Assembly (NCBI GenBank): GCA_022451945.1 | Contig: JAKUNK010000011.1 | Coordinates: forward strand, 21,255-85,254 | Length of the DNA stretch: 64,000 nt | From: Dehalococcoidia bacterium | GTDB taxonomy: Bacteria > Chloroflexota > Dehalococcoidia > Lucifugimonadales > UBA3495 | Direction: 5' to 3' | In this document: positions 1 through 9,274 of the stretch, piece by piece | Layout of the letters: every line of letters starts with the position of its first letter | How positions within the stretch are numbered: position 1 is the first letter of the stretch | Notes under the pieces: model-generated | Databases searched by the model: none | Told to the model about the DNA's origin: nothing | Seen by the model: only the letters and a program-made list of their open reading frames with translations | Program-made: the position numbers and the translations under genes

Positions 1-81
1 ACCTTCGGCAATCTGTCCGCCGCCGACGACGACACAACGGCGTCCGGTTAGGTTTAGGAAAACAGGATAAAAATTAGTCAT
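1..81 (-). CDS. precorrin-2 dehydrogenase / sirohydrochlorin ferrochelatase (SirC / CysG N-domain-like), 5' part only; the gene runs off the left edge
   Basis: Minus-strand ATG at 81. The 27 in-frame codons to the window edge read MTNFYPVFLNLTGRRCVVVGGGQIAEG. The YPVFL-L-G start and VVGGG Rossmann loop are typical of siroheme synthase N-terminal domains. It is absent from the ORF track because it is truncated. Confidence 0.55.
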   Translation of the reverse strand, partial: MTNFYPVFLNLTGRRCVVVGGGQIAEG

Positions 82-147
82 ACACTCTCTGTGGTATATC
101 TGCTCGATCACAACTCGGCCCTGAGGGGCAGGCAGTATGGTCTATGT

Positions 148-1221
148 TTAAGCCGTGATTACAGCGTCGGGTTTTTCTGTGTCCAAGTATTCGTCGTAAT
201 CAGGCACGAAATAGCGGACGCGGGTTTTCTTGTATTCCCTGGTGCTATACAACACCAGACGTTCGGTGATCCCGGTGGTTTCGCTGATTTGATTGTTGAT
301 CTCTTCGCAGCCCTCAGCGGTTGTCGCATGGACCATGGTGAAGTGTGTGTAGGGCCAGTCCGGGAAGGTAGGACGCTCATAACAGTGGGTTACGGCGTCA
401 TGGGCGGCCATCATCAGGCCAACTTCCTCTGATCGCTCTTCGGGCACCTTCCAGACGATCATGGCGTTGGCCCGGAAGCCGGAGCGCCGGTGGTGTAGAA
501 CGGCGCTGTATCGACGCATGATCCGCCGGTCTTGGAAATCTTTGGCCACTGCGAACAGTTCCTCTGTGGACATACCCAACTGCTTGGCCGGCGAGTCATA
601 AGGTCTGGGCACCAAGTCTAAGTCTTCCTGCATGGCGCGGATGGCGTCTTTCTCAGCCTCGGTGACCGGAACGGCCTTGTTCCAAGAGTCGGCGGCTTCT
701 TTGTTCTGGGCGGTCTCGCCTCCGGCTTTGACGTTGTCAGGACTGAAATTGAAGGACGAGCCTTTCTTCTTGACCATGTCAAAGTTGACTCCAATCTTGA
801 AGAACCGTTTGGTGGGCATGATTCGCTGTTCCAGAGCCTCCGTCTTTTTGGCCATGTACGCAGCGGTGGCTTCCAAGTCATGTTCTGGTGGCACTGCCAA
901 GGTGAACCACAGGTTGTAGTAAGAGCCTTCCCGTGCGTAGTTGTGGCTAACGCCTGGGTGTTTGTTGATCACGGTGGCGGCGCCGTGCAGCTTATCAGGC
1001 TCGTAGGCCATGGCCACCAGAGTTGTCTTGAATCCCAAGCGGCGGGTGTCGAAGATGGCGCTGATCTGCCGCAGCACGTTGGTTCGCTTCAACTCGGTTA
1101 AACGTTCTAAGACTTCCTGCTCACTGATACCGATCTCTTCCCCTAATTGCAGGTAGGGTTGGTCAACCATTGGGAAGGGGCCTTGAATCTTGTTCAGAAG
1201 CTCGCGGTCGGTGATGTCCAT
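148..1221 (-). CDS. siroheme decarboxylase, fused AhbA/AhbB (NirD/L/G/H family)
   Basis: 357-aa ORF made of two tandem AsnC/Lrp-like HTH plus NirD-type modules. The N half starts MDITDRELLNKIQGPFPMVDQPY and the C half has EAEKDAIRAMQEDLDLVPRPY. It lies directly upstream of the SirC-like gene on the same strand. Confidence 0.7.
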   Translation of the reverse strand: MDITDRELLNKIQGPFPMVDQPYLQLGEEIGISEQEVLERLTELKRTNVLRQISAIFDTRRLGFKTTLVAMAYEPDKLHGAATVINKHPGVSHNYAREGSYYNLWFTLAVPPEHDLEATAAYMAKKTEALEQRIMPTKRFFKIGVNFDMVKKKGSSFNFSPDNVKAGGETAQNKEAADSWNKAVPVTEAEKDAIRAMQEDLDLVPRPYDSPAKQLGMSTEELFAVAKDFQDRRIMRRYSAVLHHRRSGFRANAMIVWKVPEERSEEVGLMMAAHDAVTHCYERPTFPDWPYTHFTMVHATTAEGCEEINNQISETTGITERLVLYSTREYKKTRVRYFVPDYDEYLDTEKPDAVITA

Positions 1222-1258
1222 AGCTGTCTGCGGTTCCTCCGGCGCTAGATTAAGTTAA

Positions 1259-1906
1259 TTACGACGTTACAGACGCCAATTGAGCGGCGCCTTGACCTGA
1301 TTCTTCATATGAGTCGGCGAGGCCCACCAGCACCCGGTCGGCGGCTTCGATGATCCGGCTCCAAGAACTGGGGTTCGTGGAGTCCAATACCATGGTCCGG
1401 AAAAAGACGAAGGCCTCGATGGTGTCTTTAAGTGCTACGCTGCGTTCGGACATCTCAGTGCCGTACTCGCGACCCAGGAGGTGCGCCTCTGCCAGTAGTT
1501 CCTGCCTGCGGCGACGGGGTCCGGCATCCTGCAGCAACAATGACAAAAGCCGGCGTCCAAAGAGTCGCATACGTACTTTTCCTTCTTCCTCGACACTCTG
1601 GTACCAAGACTGTTGGAGTACGTCATTCCGGCCCAAGTTGCGGCGGATCTTGCGCAGCGCAGAGCCCTCGATGGCATCCCCTCGGCCTTGTTCTTGGGTT
1701 TGCTCCGGAGAGTTCGCGAAAGACTCAACATCGTCGCGCAGGAAACGGCGGTGTCCGCCAGGAGTGCGGTAGACACGCAGATAGCCATTGTCAGCCCACT
1801 GTCTCAACGTGGTATTGCTGACATCAAGCAGATGGCAAGCGTCCCTAAGCGAGAGCCACTGGGATTTTTCAGCTATCCGAATTCCGTCGTTCTGAATCTT
1901 TACCAA
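1259..1906 (-). CDS. MerR/excisionase-type helix-turn-helix transcriptional regulator with a C-terminal sensor-like domain
   Basis: The N-terminus WLSLRDACHLLDVSNTTLRQWADNGYLRVYRTPGGHRRF is the MerR/excisionase HTH_17 pattern. TTG start at 1906. Confidence 0.6.
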   Translation of the reverse strand: MVKIQNDGIRIAEKSQWLSLRDACHLLDVSNTTLRQWADNGYLRVYRTPGGHRRFLRDDVESFANSPEQTQEQGRGDAIEGSALRKIRRNLGRNDVLQQSWYQSVEEEGKVRMRLFGRRLLSLLLQDAGPRRRRQELLAEAHLLGREYGTEMSERSVALKDTIEAFVFFRTMVLDSTNPSSWSRIIEAADRVLVGLADSYEESGQGAAQLASVTS

Positions 1907-2115
1907 ACTATCCGACCTGGAATGATTTTCGGCTTATCATCAACCGAAAACCTACTAAAATCTCTAAGAAACTAAGTTTATAACTTCGAACATCAACAAA
2001 GCTAGCATACGTGTTTAGCACCGTCAATCCGTTTGGAAGCAAGTGCTGGAAAATCTGAAATATGAGCCTAGAAACTTCGTTGTTGACTACGTTATGTACT
2101 GTTATATTTTAATGG

Positions 2116-2784
2116 ATGGCAGAGCGAGAATCTAGCAATAAACTACAGTCCGACCGGCGAGCATTGTTCATCAGTTTGAGACGGTCCATCAGGTCGCAGG
2201 CGGTCCTCAAGGCGATGGAGCGCGTGCCTAGAGAGTTGTTCGTCCCCATCGCAGAGCGGAACAAGGCATACATGGACATCGCCCTGGCCATCGGAGAGGG
2301 CCAAACGATCTCTCAGCCCTACATCGTGGCCGTGATCACCGAGGCCCTTCGGTTGCAACCAACGGATCGGGTGCTGGAGGTCGGGGCCGGTTCTGGCTAT
2401 CAAGCCGCTGTGTTAGCCGAGTTGGTTCCAGATAGTAAAATCGTGACCGTAGAATTGATTCGGAGTCTAGCCCAACGGGCGCGGGAGACACTGGATAGAA
2501 ACGGCTACATGAATGTAATAGTTGAAGATGCCACCGAGATTCTAGGTTGCCCTGAGCGCGGCCCGTACGAAGCCATCGTGGTTTCCGCCGCGGTGCCTAG
2601 CCTGTCTCCATCGTTGATCGCCCAGTTGACGGTGGGTGGACGTATGGTCGTTCCAGTGGGCGACCGAGATCAACAAGAACTCATCTGTGTCCTGCGAACC
2701 GGAGAGGGCGTTTCGCTGCGCATGCTTGGCCCCTGCCGCTTCGTTCCACTACTAGGCCGTGAAGCATTTCCGACCTCGCTCTAG
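2116..2784 (+). CDS. pcm: protein-L-isoaspartate O-methyltransferase
   Basis: Motifs QTISQPYIVA and LEVGAGSGYQAAVLA (SAM motif I). The length of 222 aa fits. Confidence 0.9.
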   Translation: MAERESSNKLQSDRRALFISLRRSIRSQAVLKAMERVPRELFVPIAERNKAYMDIALAIGEGQTISQPYIVAVITEALRLQPTDRVLEVGAGSGYQAAVLAELVPDSKIVTVELIRSLAQRARETLDRNGYMNVIVEDATEILGCPERGPYEAIVVSAAVPSLSPSLIAQLTVGGRMVVPVGDRDQQELICVLRTGEGVSLRMLGPCRFVPLLGREAFPTSL

Positions 2785-2808
2785 GGCACTTGTTGTACCC
2801 TGGTAACC

Positions 2809-3630
2809 ATGTCAGATCTACCCGCTGAACTATCCCTGTCCTTAGACGAGGCTGCTGCATCCATCCTCCGTGCAAACCACGTGGTAGCGCTGGCGGGGGC
2901 CGGACTGTCTGTCGAGAGTGGCATACCGCCCTTCCGCGGCCCCGGAGGACTCTGGACCAAGCATGGCGAACCCTCCAATCTTTCCTACCGCGGATTCGTC
3001 GATGACCCTGGCGAGTGGTGGGAAGCTCGTTTCCGCAGTGAAGACCAGCCAGGTGATCCAACCTATGAGATGAAGGTCGCGGTTGATCGGGCAGAACCCA
3101 ATCCTGGGCATCACGCCCTTGTTGAGATGGAAGAGCTTGGATTGTTGCAGTATGTCGTTACCCAGAATGTGGACAACCTCCACCGGGAGGCTGGCAGCAG
3201 GTCGCTTCTGGAGATACACGGGAACCGGACCTGGCTGCGTTGCGTTGGCTGTGGGGCCCGCCAACCAAGGGATGGCTACCACTTCGACAGCTTGCCACCC
3301 ATCTGCACCCACTGTGGTGGTGTGATAAAGATGGACACAGTCATGTTCGGCGAGCCTATTCCAGAGGATGTGCTGCTAGCTAGCCGTGAGCAGGCCGAGA
3401 CCTGTGATTGCATGCTTCTGGTGGGTACTTCGGGCACCGTTAACCCGGCAGCTCGCTTGCCCTTAGTCGCAAAGGAGCGAGGCGCTACTCTTATCGAGAT
3501 TAATCCCGACGCTACTAGCCTCACTCCCTACTGCGATATCACACTGAGCGGCCCTTCCGGCGAGCTACTTCCGTTGCTGTTAAAACGCCTCAGAAACGGT
3601 GCTTCTGTTGAGCCCGAAAACCTGGCGTGA
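2809..3630 (+). CDS. cobB: NAD-dependent protein deacylase, Sir2 family
   Basis: Motifs GAGLSVESGIPPFRG and VTQNVDNLHREAGS. Zn-ribbon cysteines CVGC...CTHC are present. Confidence 0.9.
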   Translation: MSDLPAELSLSLDEAAASILRANHVVALAGAGLSVESGIPPFRGPGGLWTKHGEPSNLSYRGFVDDPGEWWEARFRSEDQPGDPTYEMKVAVDRAEPNPGHHALVEMEELGLLQYVVTQNVDNLHREAGSRSLLEIHGNRTWLRCVGCGARQPRDGYHFDSLPPICTHCGGVIKMDTVMFGEPIPEDVLLASREQAETCDCMLLVGTSGTVNPAARLPLVAKERGATLIEINPDATSLTPYCDITLSGPSGELLPLLLKRLRNGASVEPENLA

Positions 3631-3706
3631 ATGTTATAATTTCGAGCCTATAAACCGAGGATCTTCGCTTCGGTTTTGAGCCTATCCCTCTGCGCTGGGA
3701 GTAGCC

Positions 3707-4981
3707 ATGCCGATGGAATCCGTTTTGTTGCAACCGGTTCTGGCTCGTTTTGGATTGGGCGACCCAGAGTGGTTGGATCCTGCCACTGCTGCCGGCATCG
3801 TGCTGATCGGTTTCATCGTGGCGTTTCTGGTTCACAGGCTCATATTCCCTCTAATTATACGTTTCACCCACTGGACGCCTACGGACCTTGACTCCCGGCT
3901 TGTTCGTTCTCTCCGCTGGCCGGTCACCCTTGGTATCCTGGCTCTGGCCGGTTATCTAGCGGTGAGTGTGGGCTTGGACCTGGGTGATGACCAAGGAAAA
4001 GCTAATACGGTTGCCGGAGCAGCTGGAATGGTGGTCGGTATCATCGCAGTAGCCGGCCTGCTCTCCGCTGCCATCGACTGGTACCTGGTCAATCTAGCAT
4101 CACGCACCAACCACGTAGTGGACCTTCGTCTTTTTCCCCTGATTCGACGGGTGGGTGGAGTGGTCGTCTATGGCATCGGCGCGCTGCTGGTGCTGGACGT
4201 GATGGACATCAACATCAGCCCGCTCATCGCCGGTCTAGGTTTGGGCGGACTGGCTGTGGCCTTGGCCATCCAGCCAACCCTGGCCAACCTGTTCGCCGGT
4301 ACCTATGTGATGACCGAGGGCGTCATCGACACCGGAGATTACATAGAGCTGGAAAGTGGCGTGGCCGGATACGTGGTAGAGGTCGGTTGGCGCAGCACGC
4401 GCATCCGCACTTGGGGTAACAATTTAGTTGTCGTTCCCAATGCCCGGTTTGCTGAAACCATCATCACCAACTATCAGCAGCCAGTTCCAGCGGTAAACGT
4501 TTATCTGACCTGCGGAGTAAGCTATGACAGCGATCTGGACTTGGTGGAGAAGATATCCCGGGAAGTGATGGATGACCTGTTGCAGAATGACGATAACGCT
4601 GTGAAGTCCTATGGCGCCTGGTTCGCGTTCAATGCATTCGGTGAGTCCAACGTCGACTTCTGGCTGTTCTTACAGGCCCGAGATCGCATCTCCAGCTTTA
4701 ACCTACAGTCGGCTCTGGTCAAGAACCTGCACCGCCGCTTTAACGACGAAGGCATCACCATCAACTACCCGGTACGCACCCTCCAGTTCCCAGACGGCTT
4801 CAACCCGGAATTACTGGGCGCGACTGCCACCTCCGCCGAAAGCCCGGTTAGATCCTCCCGTGCCACTAGGCCACCGCGCGATTTCCCCTTGCAACGAGAA
4901 TCAGAAGAAGGTCCCGACATAGGCGGAGTTCCCCCGGGCGGCGGGGAAGGCCCTCCGGGAGGCCCAGACGGGCCAGGCTAG
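3707..4981 (+). CDS. mechanosensitive ion channel (MscS family) with a Pro/Gly-rich C-terminal tail
   Basis: Several N-terminal TM segments. The MscS core reads NLFAGTYVMTEGVIDTGDYIEL...GYVVEVGWRSTRIRTWGNNLVVVPNA. GGGAG SD 5 nt upstream of the ATG. Confidence 0.85.
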   Translation: MPMESVLLQPVLARFGLGDPEWLDPATAAGIVLIGFIVAFLVHRLIFPLIIRFTHWTPTDLDSRLVRSLRWPVTLGILALAGYLAVSVGLDLGDDQGKANTVAGAAGMVVGIIAVAGLLSAAIDWYLVNLASRTNHVVDLRLFPLIRRVGGVVVYGIGALLVLDVMDINISPLIAGLGLGGLAVALAIQPTLANLFAGTYVMTEGVIDTGDYIELESGVAGYVVEVGWRSTRIRTWGNNLVVVPNARFAETIITNYQQPVPAVNVYLTCGVSYDSDLDLVEKISREVMDDLLQNDDNAVKSYGAWFAFNAFGESNVDFWLFLQARDRISSFNLQSALVKNLHRRFNDEGITINYPVRTLQFPDGFNPELLGATATSAESPVRSSRATRPPRDFPLQRESEEGPDIGGVPPGGGEGPPGGPDGPG

Positions 4982-5104
4982 GGGGCAGCTGCGGTTTCAT
5001 AGGATCGGTTCCAGCGAATCCTGATTCTTAACAGAAGCCACCTTGCCGCTACACAAGCCAGTCGGTATAATCCATTCGTGGCTGTCGGCCACTCCCCACT
5101 ATGT

Positions 5105-5181
5105 GGGCCTGTAGCTCAGGTGGCTAGAGCGCGGTCCTGATAAGACCGAGGTCGTTGGTTCAAGTCCATCCAGGCCCACCA
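5105..5181 (+). tRNA. tRNA-Ile (anticodon GAU)
   Basis: Acceptor stem GGGCCTG/CAGGCCC, D-arm TAGCTCAGGTGGCTAGAGC, anticodon loop CTGATAA, T-loop GGTTCAAGTCC, and an encoded CCA. Confidence 0.9.
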
Positions 5182-5192
5182 GTTAAAAAGCA

Positions 5193-5226
5193 AAGCCCTA
5201 TACGATATCGTATAGGGCTTTTTTGT
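5193..5226. terminator. Rho-independent terminator hairpin, bidirectional (tRNA-Ile on + and hyuB on -)
   Basis: Perfect stem AGCCCTATACG / CGTATAGGGCT with an ATAT loop. A's flank the 5' side and a TTTTTT run follows the 3' side. Confidence 0.7.
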
Positions 5227-5231
5227 TGCTG

Positions 5232-7055
5232 TTATCGCGGGATATTACTCTCGACCCACTTCAACTCTTCTTCGGCTGTATCGAAGTACTCGAACCGGTG
5301 GAACAATTTTGTTGGCCCCCGGGAGCTTTGTAACCCCTGTCGCTTGGTCGCAGTGGCTCTTGAGTCTATGACCAGAGTGTCCGGGTCTATAACCACACCG
5401 TAAGAATCTTGGGCTCCTCTAACGCTTACGAAGCCGTCTAGAACGTCGTCTAACACTCTTTCTGGCTCACGCTCCAATGGATCGCCCCAACCGCCACCGC
5501 CCGCGGTGTAGACGCGGACCACGTCGCCCTTCTTCCAGACATTATCGTCTGAGAAGGCGCGGATCTCTCTTTCTTGTGCCGTTTCGGGGTTGATGATGAC
5601 TTTGGAAGTGCCGCCGCCCATGCCGCCGGCCACACCCCAAGTAGGGAATATATTATTTTCCACCCGAAGGCCGAAGGTGCCTTCGTCCGCCAGGATTCGG
5701 ACGTCGCGTATGATACCGCAGCCGCCTCGGTGCAGTCCGGGTCCGCCCGAGTCACAGGCGATGGCGTAGCGCTCCATGCGCAAGGGATACTCCATCTCCA
5801 TGAACTCGCCGGGGTAGTTCTCGTTGTGGCGGCTATATATGGCGTCTAGGCCGTCAGCGAAAGGGCGGGCTCCGTGGCCTACGGCTATCCCGTCGGTGCA
5901 GAGCAGCCAGTCGCTGCCCACTTCTTTCATGCGCCAGTAGGCGATCACGTAGACCGCCGAGCCGGCCATTACCTTACCGTCCGTAGCCTCAGCTAAGAGC
6001 GCCCGCACCGAACTTTTCAGCTTGGTGAAGGTGTGGGCCCGGCAGCCCAATGCCGCTGGGAAGTCCGGCTGGAGGATACTGCCCTGGCGGAGTTGAACGT
6101 CGTTTATGCCGGCTAGCAGGCCGTGGTTGGGTAGCAACGACGTGTCGTATTGAAGGAAATACTGGCCGAAGTAAGCGGCTAGAGCACCGTCGCTGGCCAA
6201 GAAATTTATGGATCCATCAGCTTGGTCGTCGCTCTCGGTTGCGTCCAGGCTGATTTCATCTCTGTCCCGGTTGAGTTTCACATGGTAGGAATACCAACGG
6301 TCGCTGACTCCGGCGTGGTCCATGAAATCCCGAACGCTAAAGCTGCCTTGGGGGATCAGTTCCAAGGATTTCTCCCTCACCATGGCTGCTGTGTCTTCTT
6401 GATCGGCTTCTAGCGCGGCCAATGTGGTCTCTTTGCCGAATCGGTCGAACATCTCCAGCAGGCGTTCCTGGGCGCGCTTGGCGGCGGCCATCAACGCCCT
6501 GGTGTCACCCTCTAGTAAGTCTGGGTACCGTGAGTTGCGCAGTATGATTCGGTAGGCTTCATGGTTGAGTTCGCCTCGGTTGATGATCTTGATGGGCGGC
6601 ACCAGAGTGCCGTCGTGGAATATCTCGGTATTGGCCGGTCCTATGCTGCCAGGCCGTGATCCGCCCAGGTCCCAGAAGTGTGCGAACGAATGGCAGTAGG
6701 CCACGGCCTCTCCTTCGAAGAACACTGGAGCCAGGAACGTCATGTCTGGAGTATGGGTGACGCTGCCCTTAGATATATAAGGGTCGTTGTACCAGTACAG
6801 GTCGCCAGGGGCCATGGTGTCCGCCGGATAGGTTTCCCAGACGCACTGCACCATGTCGCTGCCCATTGTGTCTCCGTAGAGTTCGTGCCCGTTCCGGTCC
6901 AGGAAATTCACCTGGTAATCCTTCTTCTCCCGTATGAAGGCCGACATTGCGGTGCGCTCGATGAGCAATTCGCACTCGAGCCGGGCTGCCCGAAGCGAGC
7001 CCCTAATCAATTGCCTCGTCACCGGATCTACGGTCTGGTTGTTGTTGGCTGTCAT
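5232..7055 (-). CDS. hyuB: hydantoinase B / oxoprolinase family protein (HyuB-like)
   Basis: The sequence from MTANNNQTVDPVTRQLIRGSL onward is colinear with HyuB/N-methylhydantoinase B. I chose the ATG at 7055 because it overlaps the upstream stop (TAATG). The longer ORF-track start would overlap hyuA by 150 nt. Confidence 0.85.
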   Translation of the reverse strand: MTANNNQTVDPVTRQLIRGSLRAARLECELLIERTAMSAFIREKKDYQVNFLDRNGHELYGDTMGSDMVQCVWETYPADTMAPGDLYWYNDPYISKGSVTHTPDMTFLAPVFFEGEAVAYCHSFAHFWDLGGSRPGSIGPANTEIFHDGTLVPPIKIINRGELNHEAYRIILRNSRYPDLLEGDTRALMAAAKRAQERLLEMFDRFGKETTLAALEADQEDTAAMVREKSLELIPQGSFSVRDFMDHAGVSDRWYSYHVKLNRDRDEISLDATESDDQADGSINFLASDGALAAYFGQYFLQYDTSLLPNHGLLAGINDVQLRQGSILQPDFPAALGCRAHTFTKLKSSVRALLAEATDGKVMAGSAVYVIAYWRMKEVGSDWLLCTDGIAVGHGARPFADGLDAIYSRHNENYPGEFMEMEYPLRMERYAIACDSGGPGLHRGGCGIIRDVRILADEGTFGLRVENNIFPTWGVAGGMGGGTSKVIINPETAQEREIRAFSDDNVWKKGDVVRVYTAGGGGWGDPLEREPERVLDDVLDGFVSVRGAQDSYGVVIDPDTLVIDSRATATKRQGLQSSRGPTKLFHRFEYFDTAEEELKWVESNIPR

Positions 7056-9109
7056 TAGATGGGCTCCATGATGCAATTGCCATACTTGTCTATCTGCCCG
7101 GTCCAGCCTGGGTTGATCAGGACGGTAGAGTCCATACCCTCTAGGATGGCAGGGCCGTTGATGCTTGACCCTGGGGCCAACCGGTCGCGGTCGTAAATAT
7201 TGCATGGTACGAACCCTCCCGACTCGTCGAAGAAGACTTGGCGTCGGCTGGCGATGGCCTGTTCTGGGGCGACAAGGCCACCGGGGCGTTCAGGCATGTC
7301 CACCGAACCCACATCGCCTGAGGCTGAGACCCGTAGTGTCACGATCTCCACCGGTTGGTCCAAGGCGAACCCGTAGAGCTGTTCGTGATGGTTGTGGAAC
7401 TCCTGGATGGCTCCACCGATGGTTTCGCCGGTGACCTGTGACCCGTCAAAGGACACTGTTACCTCCGACCCTTGGTGGGTGTAACGCAGGTCAGCCCAGC
7501 GGTTAAAGACGTGCTGGATTTCCGGGACGCCCTCTTCTCTGAGCCAAGCTGTGCCTTCGGACTCCATCTCGCCGTAGACACGCTCCATACCCTCTGGATC
7601 GTAGTCTGGTGGGGTCTGGAGTGACGTGCGGGCGTAGTCATTCTTGAGCTCTGCCACCAGCAGGCCGTAGGCCGAGGCGATTCCCGGATACAGTGGCGCC
7701 ACAACCCGATTGATGCCCAGTAGGTTGGCCACGTCGATTGCGTGCATAGGCCCAGCACCGCCGTAGGCCACCAGGGCGAATTCTTGGGGGTCGTGGCCGC
7801 GCTCCACGCTGACGTTGCGTATGGCCCCGACCATGGTGTTGTTGGCGATACTCAAGATACCGCTGGCCGCAGCGTGCAGGTCCATGTCAAGCGGCGTAGC
7901 GATCGTCTCTTTGATTACCTTGGCTGAATCATCGGCGTGCAGTGGCAGGCTACCTCCGGCGATCTGATTGTTGATCCGGCCCAGCACTAGGTTCGCGTCG
8001 GTGACCGTCGGTGCGGTACCACCCTTGCCGTAGCAAACAGGGCCTGGCACCGAACCGGCGCTGGCTGGGCCCACGGTCAGGCTACCGTAGGGGGAAACGT
8101 TGGCGATGCTGCCGCCGCCGCAGCCGATGGTGGCGATGTCCAGCATGGGTAATTGTATGGGCCAGGTGCCCAGCCGACCCGACAGGTTGAGAGTTGGACT
8201 ACCGTTCCGCATCAGTGAGACGTCGGTGCTAGTGCCACCCATGTCGAAGGAGATAGAATTCCTTACTCCGGTGTTCTCGGCTATCTGCAGCGTAGCCATA
8301 ACCCCGGCGGCTGGGCCAGATAAGGCGGTATGCACCGGTTGCCGGATAGCTATGTCGGCGCCTATCATGCCGCCGTTCGATTTCATGATCGAGAATGATG
8401 AGTCGACAGCATTGGCCCTCAGTGACGATTCCAAGTTTCCGATGTAGCTGCTCACTCGCGGCATGACGTACGCGTTTAGCACCGTGGTCATCGTTCGCTC
8501 GTACTCGCGGAACACAGCAAGGACTTCGGACGAAATGGAGACCTGGGCGTCAGGATATTCCTCTAGGATCAGCTCCTTGGCTCTGTTCTCATGGTCGGGG
8601 TTGGAGTAGGAGTGTAGGAAAGACACAGCTATGGAAGTGATCTCGTCGGCCCGGAACTTTTTGGCTGCGGCTCGCACAGCATCTTCGTCCAAGGGAATGA
8701 GAACCTCTCCGTTAAAGCCAGCTCTTTCCGCCACTTCTACGATGTTCCTGGGACGCACCGGTCGGTCCGGCTTGACCCACGACTGGGGGTTTACCAACCG
8801 CGGCGTGCCGTGTCGTCCTATCTCCAGCACGAACTTGAAACCCTCGGGCACCACCAGTCCTACCGGCGAGCCCTTGTTCTCCAGGATGGCGTTGGTGGCG
8901 ATGGTCGTCCCGTGGAAAACGTGCTTGACCTGTGACGCCAGAACTGAGTTGGCTGCCAGTACCTCTTTTAGTCCGGTCAAGAACCCAGTGCTAGGGTCGT
9001 CAGGAGTGGATGGAGTCTTGTGTACGAGCTGTTCGTTAGTAGTAAGGTTGCAGAGAACGATGTCGGTGAATGTTCCACCCACGTCCACTGCAACGGAATA
9101 GTCGTCCAT
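7055..9109 (-). CDS. hyuA: hydantoinase A / oxoprolinase family protein (HyuA-like, ATP-dependent)
   Basis: N-terminus VAVDVGGTFTDIV and the internal motif SFDMGGTSTDVS are sugar-kinase/HSP70-type ATPase motifs of HyuA. Confidence 0.85.
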   Translation of the reverse strand: MDDYSVAVDVGGTFTDIVLCNLTTNEQLVHKTPSTPDDPSTGFLTGLKEVLAANSVLASQVKHVFHGTTIATNAILENKGSPVGLVVPEGFKFVLEIGRHGTPRLVNPQSWVKPDRPVRPRNIVEVAERAGFNGEVLIPLDEDAVRAAAKKFRADEITSIAVSFLHSYSNPDHENRAKELILEEYPDAQVSISSEVLAVFREYERTMTTVLNAYVMPRVSSYIGNLESSLRANAVDSSFSIMKSNGGMIGADIAIRQPVHTALSGPAAGVMATLQIAENTGVRNSISFDMGGTSTDVSLMRNGSPTLNLSGRLGTWPIQLPMLDIATIGCGGGSIANVSPYGSLTVGPASAGSVPGPVCYGKGGTAPTVTDANLVLGRINNQIAGGSLPLHADDSAKVIKETIATPLDMDLHAAASGILSIANNTMVGAIRNVSVERGHDPQEFALVAYGGAGPMHAIDVANLLGINRVVAPLYPGIASAYGLLVAELKNDYARTSLQTPPDYDPEGMERVYGEMESEGTAWLREEGVPEIQHVFNRWADLRYTHQGSEVTVSFDGSQVTGETIGGAIQEFHNHHEQLYGFALDQPVEIVTLRVSASGDVGSVDMPERPGGLVAPEQAIASRRQVFFDESGGFVPCNIYDRDRLAPGSSINGPAILEGMDSTVLINPGWTGQIDKYGNCIMEPI

Positions 9110-9206
9110 AGTGTAAGAATCCTGACGGAAGATACGAGTGCGACGTTATTCTAGCAAACCCGTTAAATGCACCTGACCGAAGCGCGGTTGTACCGCGCTC
9201 CTGTCG

Positions 9207-9235
9207 TTGACACCCCTGGCGCTCGTGTCTACACT
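9207..9235 (+). promoter_or_regulatory. candidate sigma-70-type promoter for the Mo-hydroxylase operon
   Basis: TTGACA (9207-9212), 17-nt spacer, TACACT (9230-9235), about 40 nt upstream of the ATG at 9275. Confidence 0.35.
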
Positions 9236-9274
9236 CACCCAGAATGACGCTACCCTCAGTAAAGAGAACCAATC

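Noticed and set aside
2083-2118. Possible leaderless pcm transcript (TTGACT at 2083, TATTTT at 2105, ATG at 2116)
   Set aside because: The -10 match is weak, and alternative spacings give equally poor boxes. I cannot support it without transcription start data.
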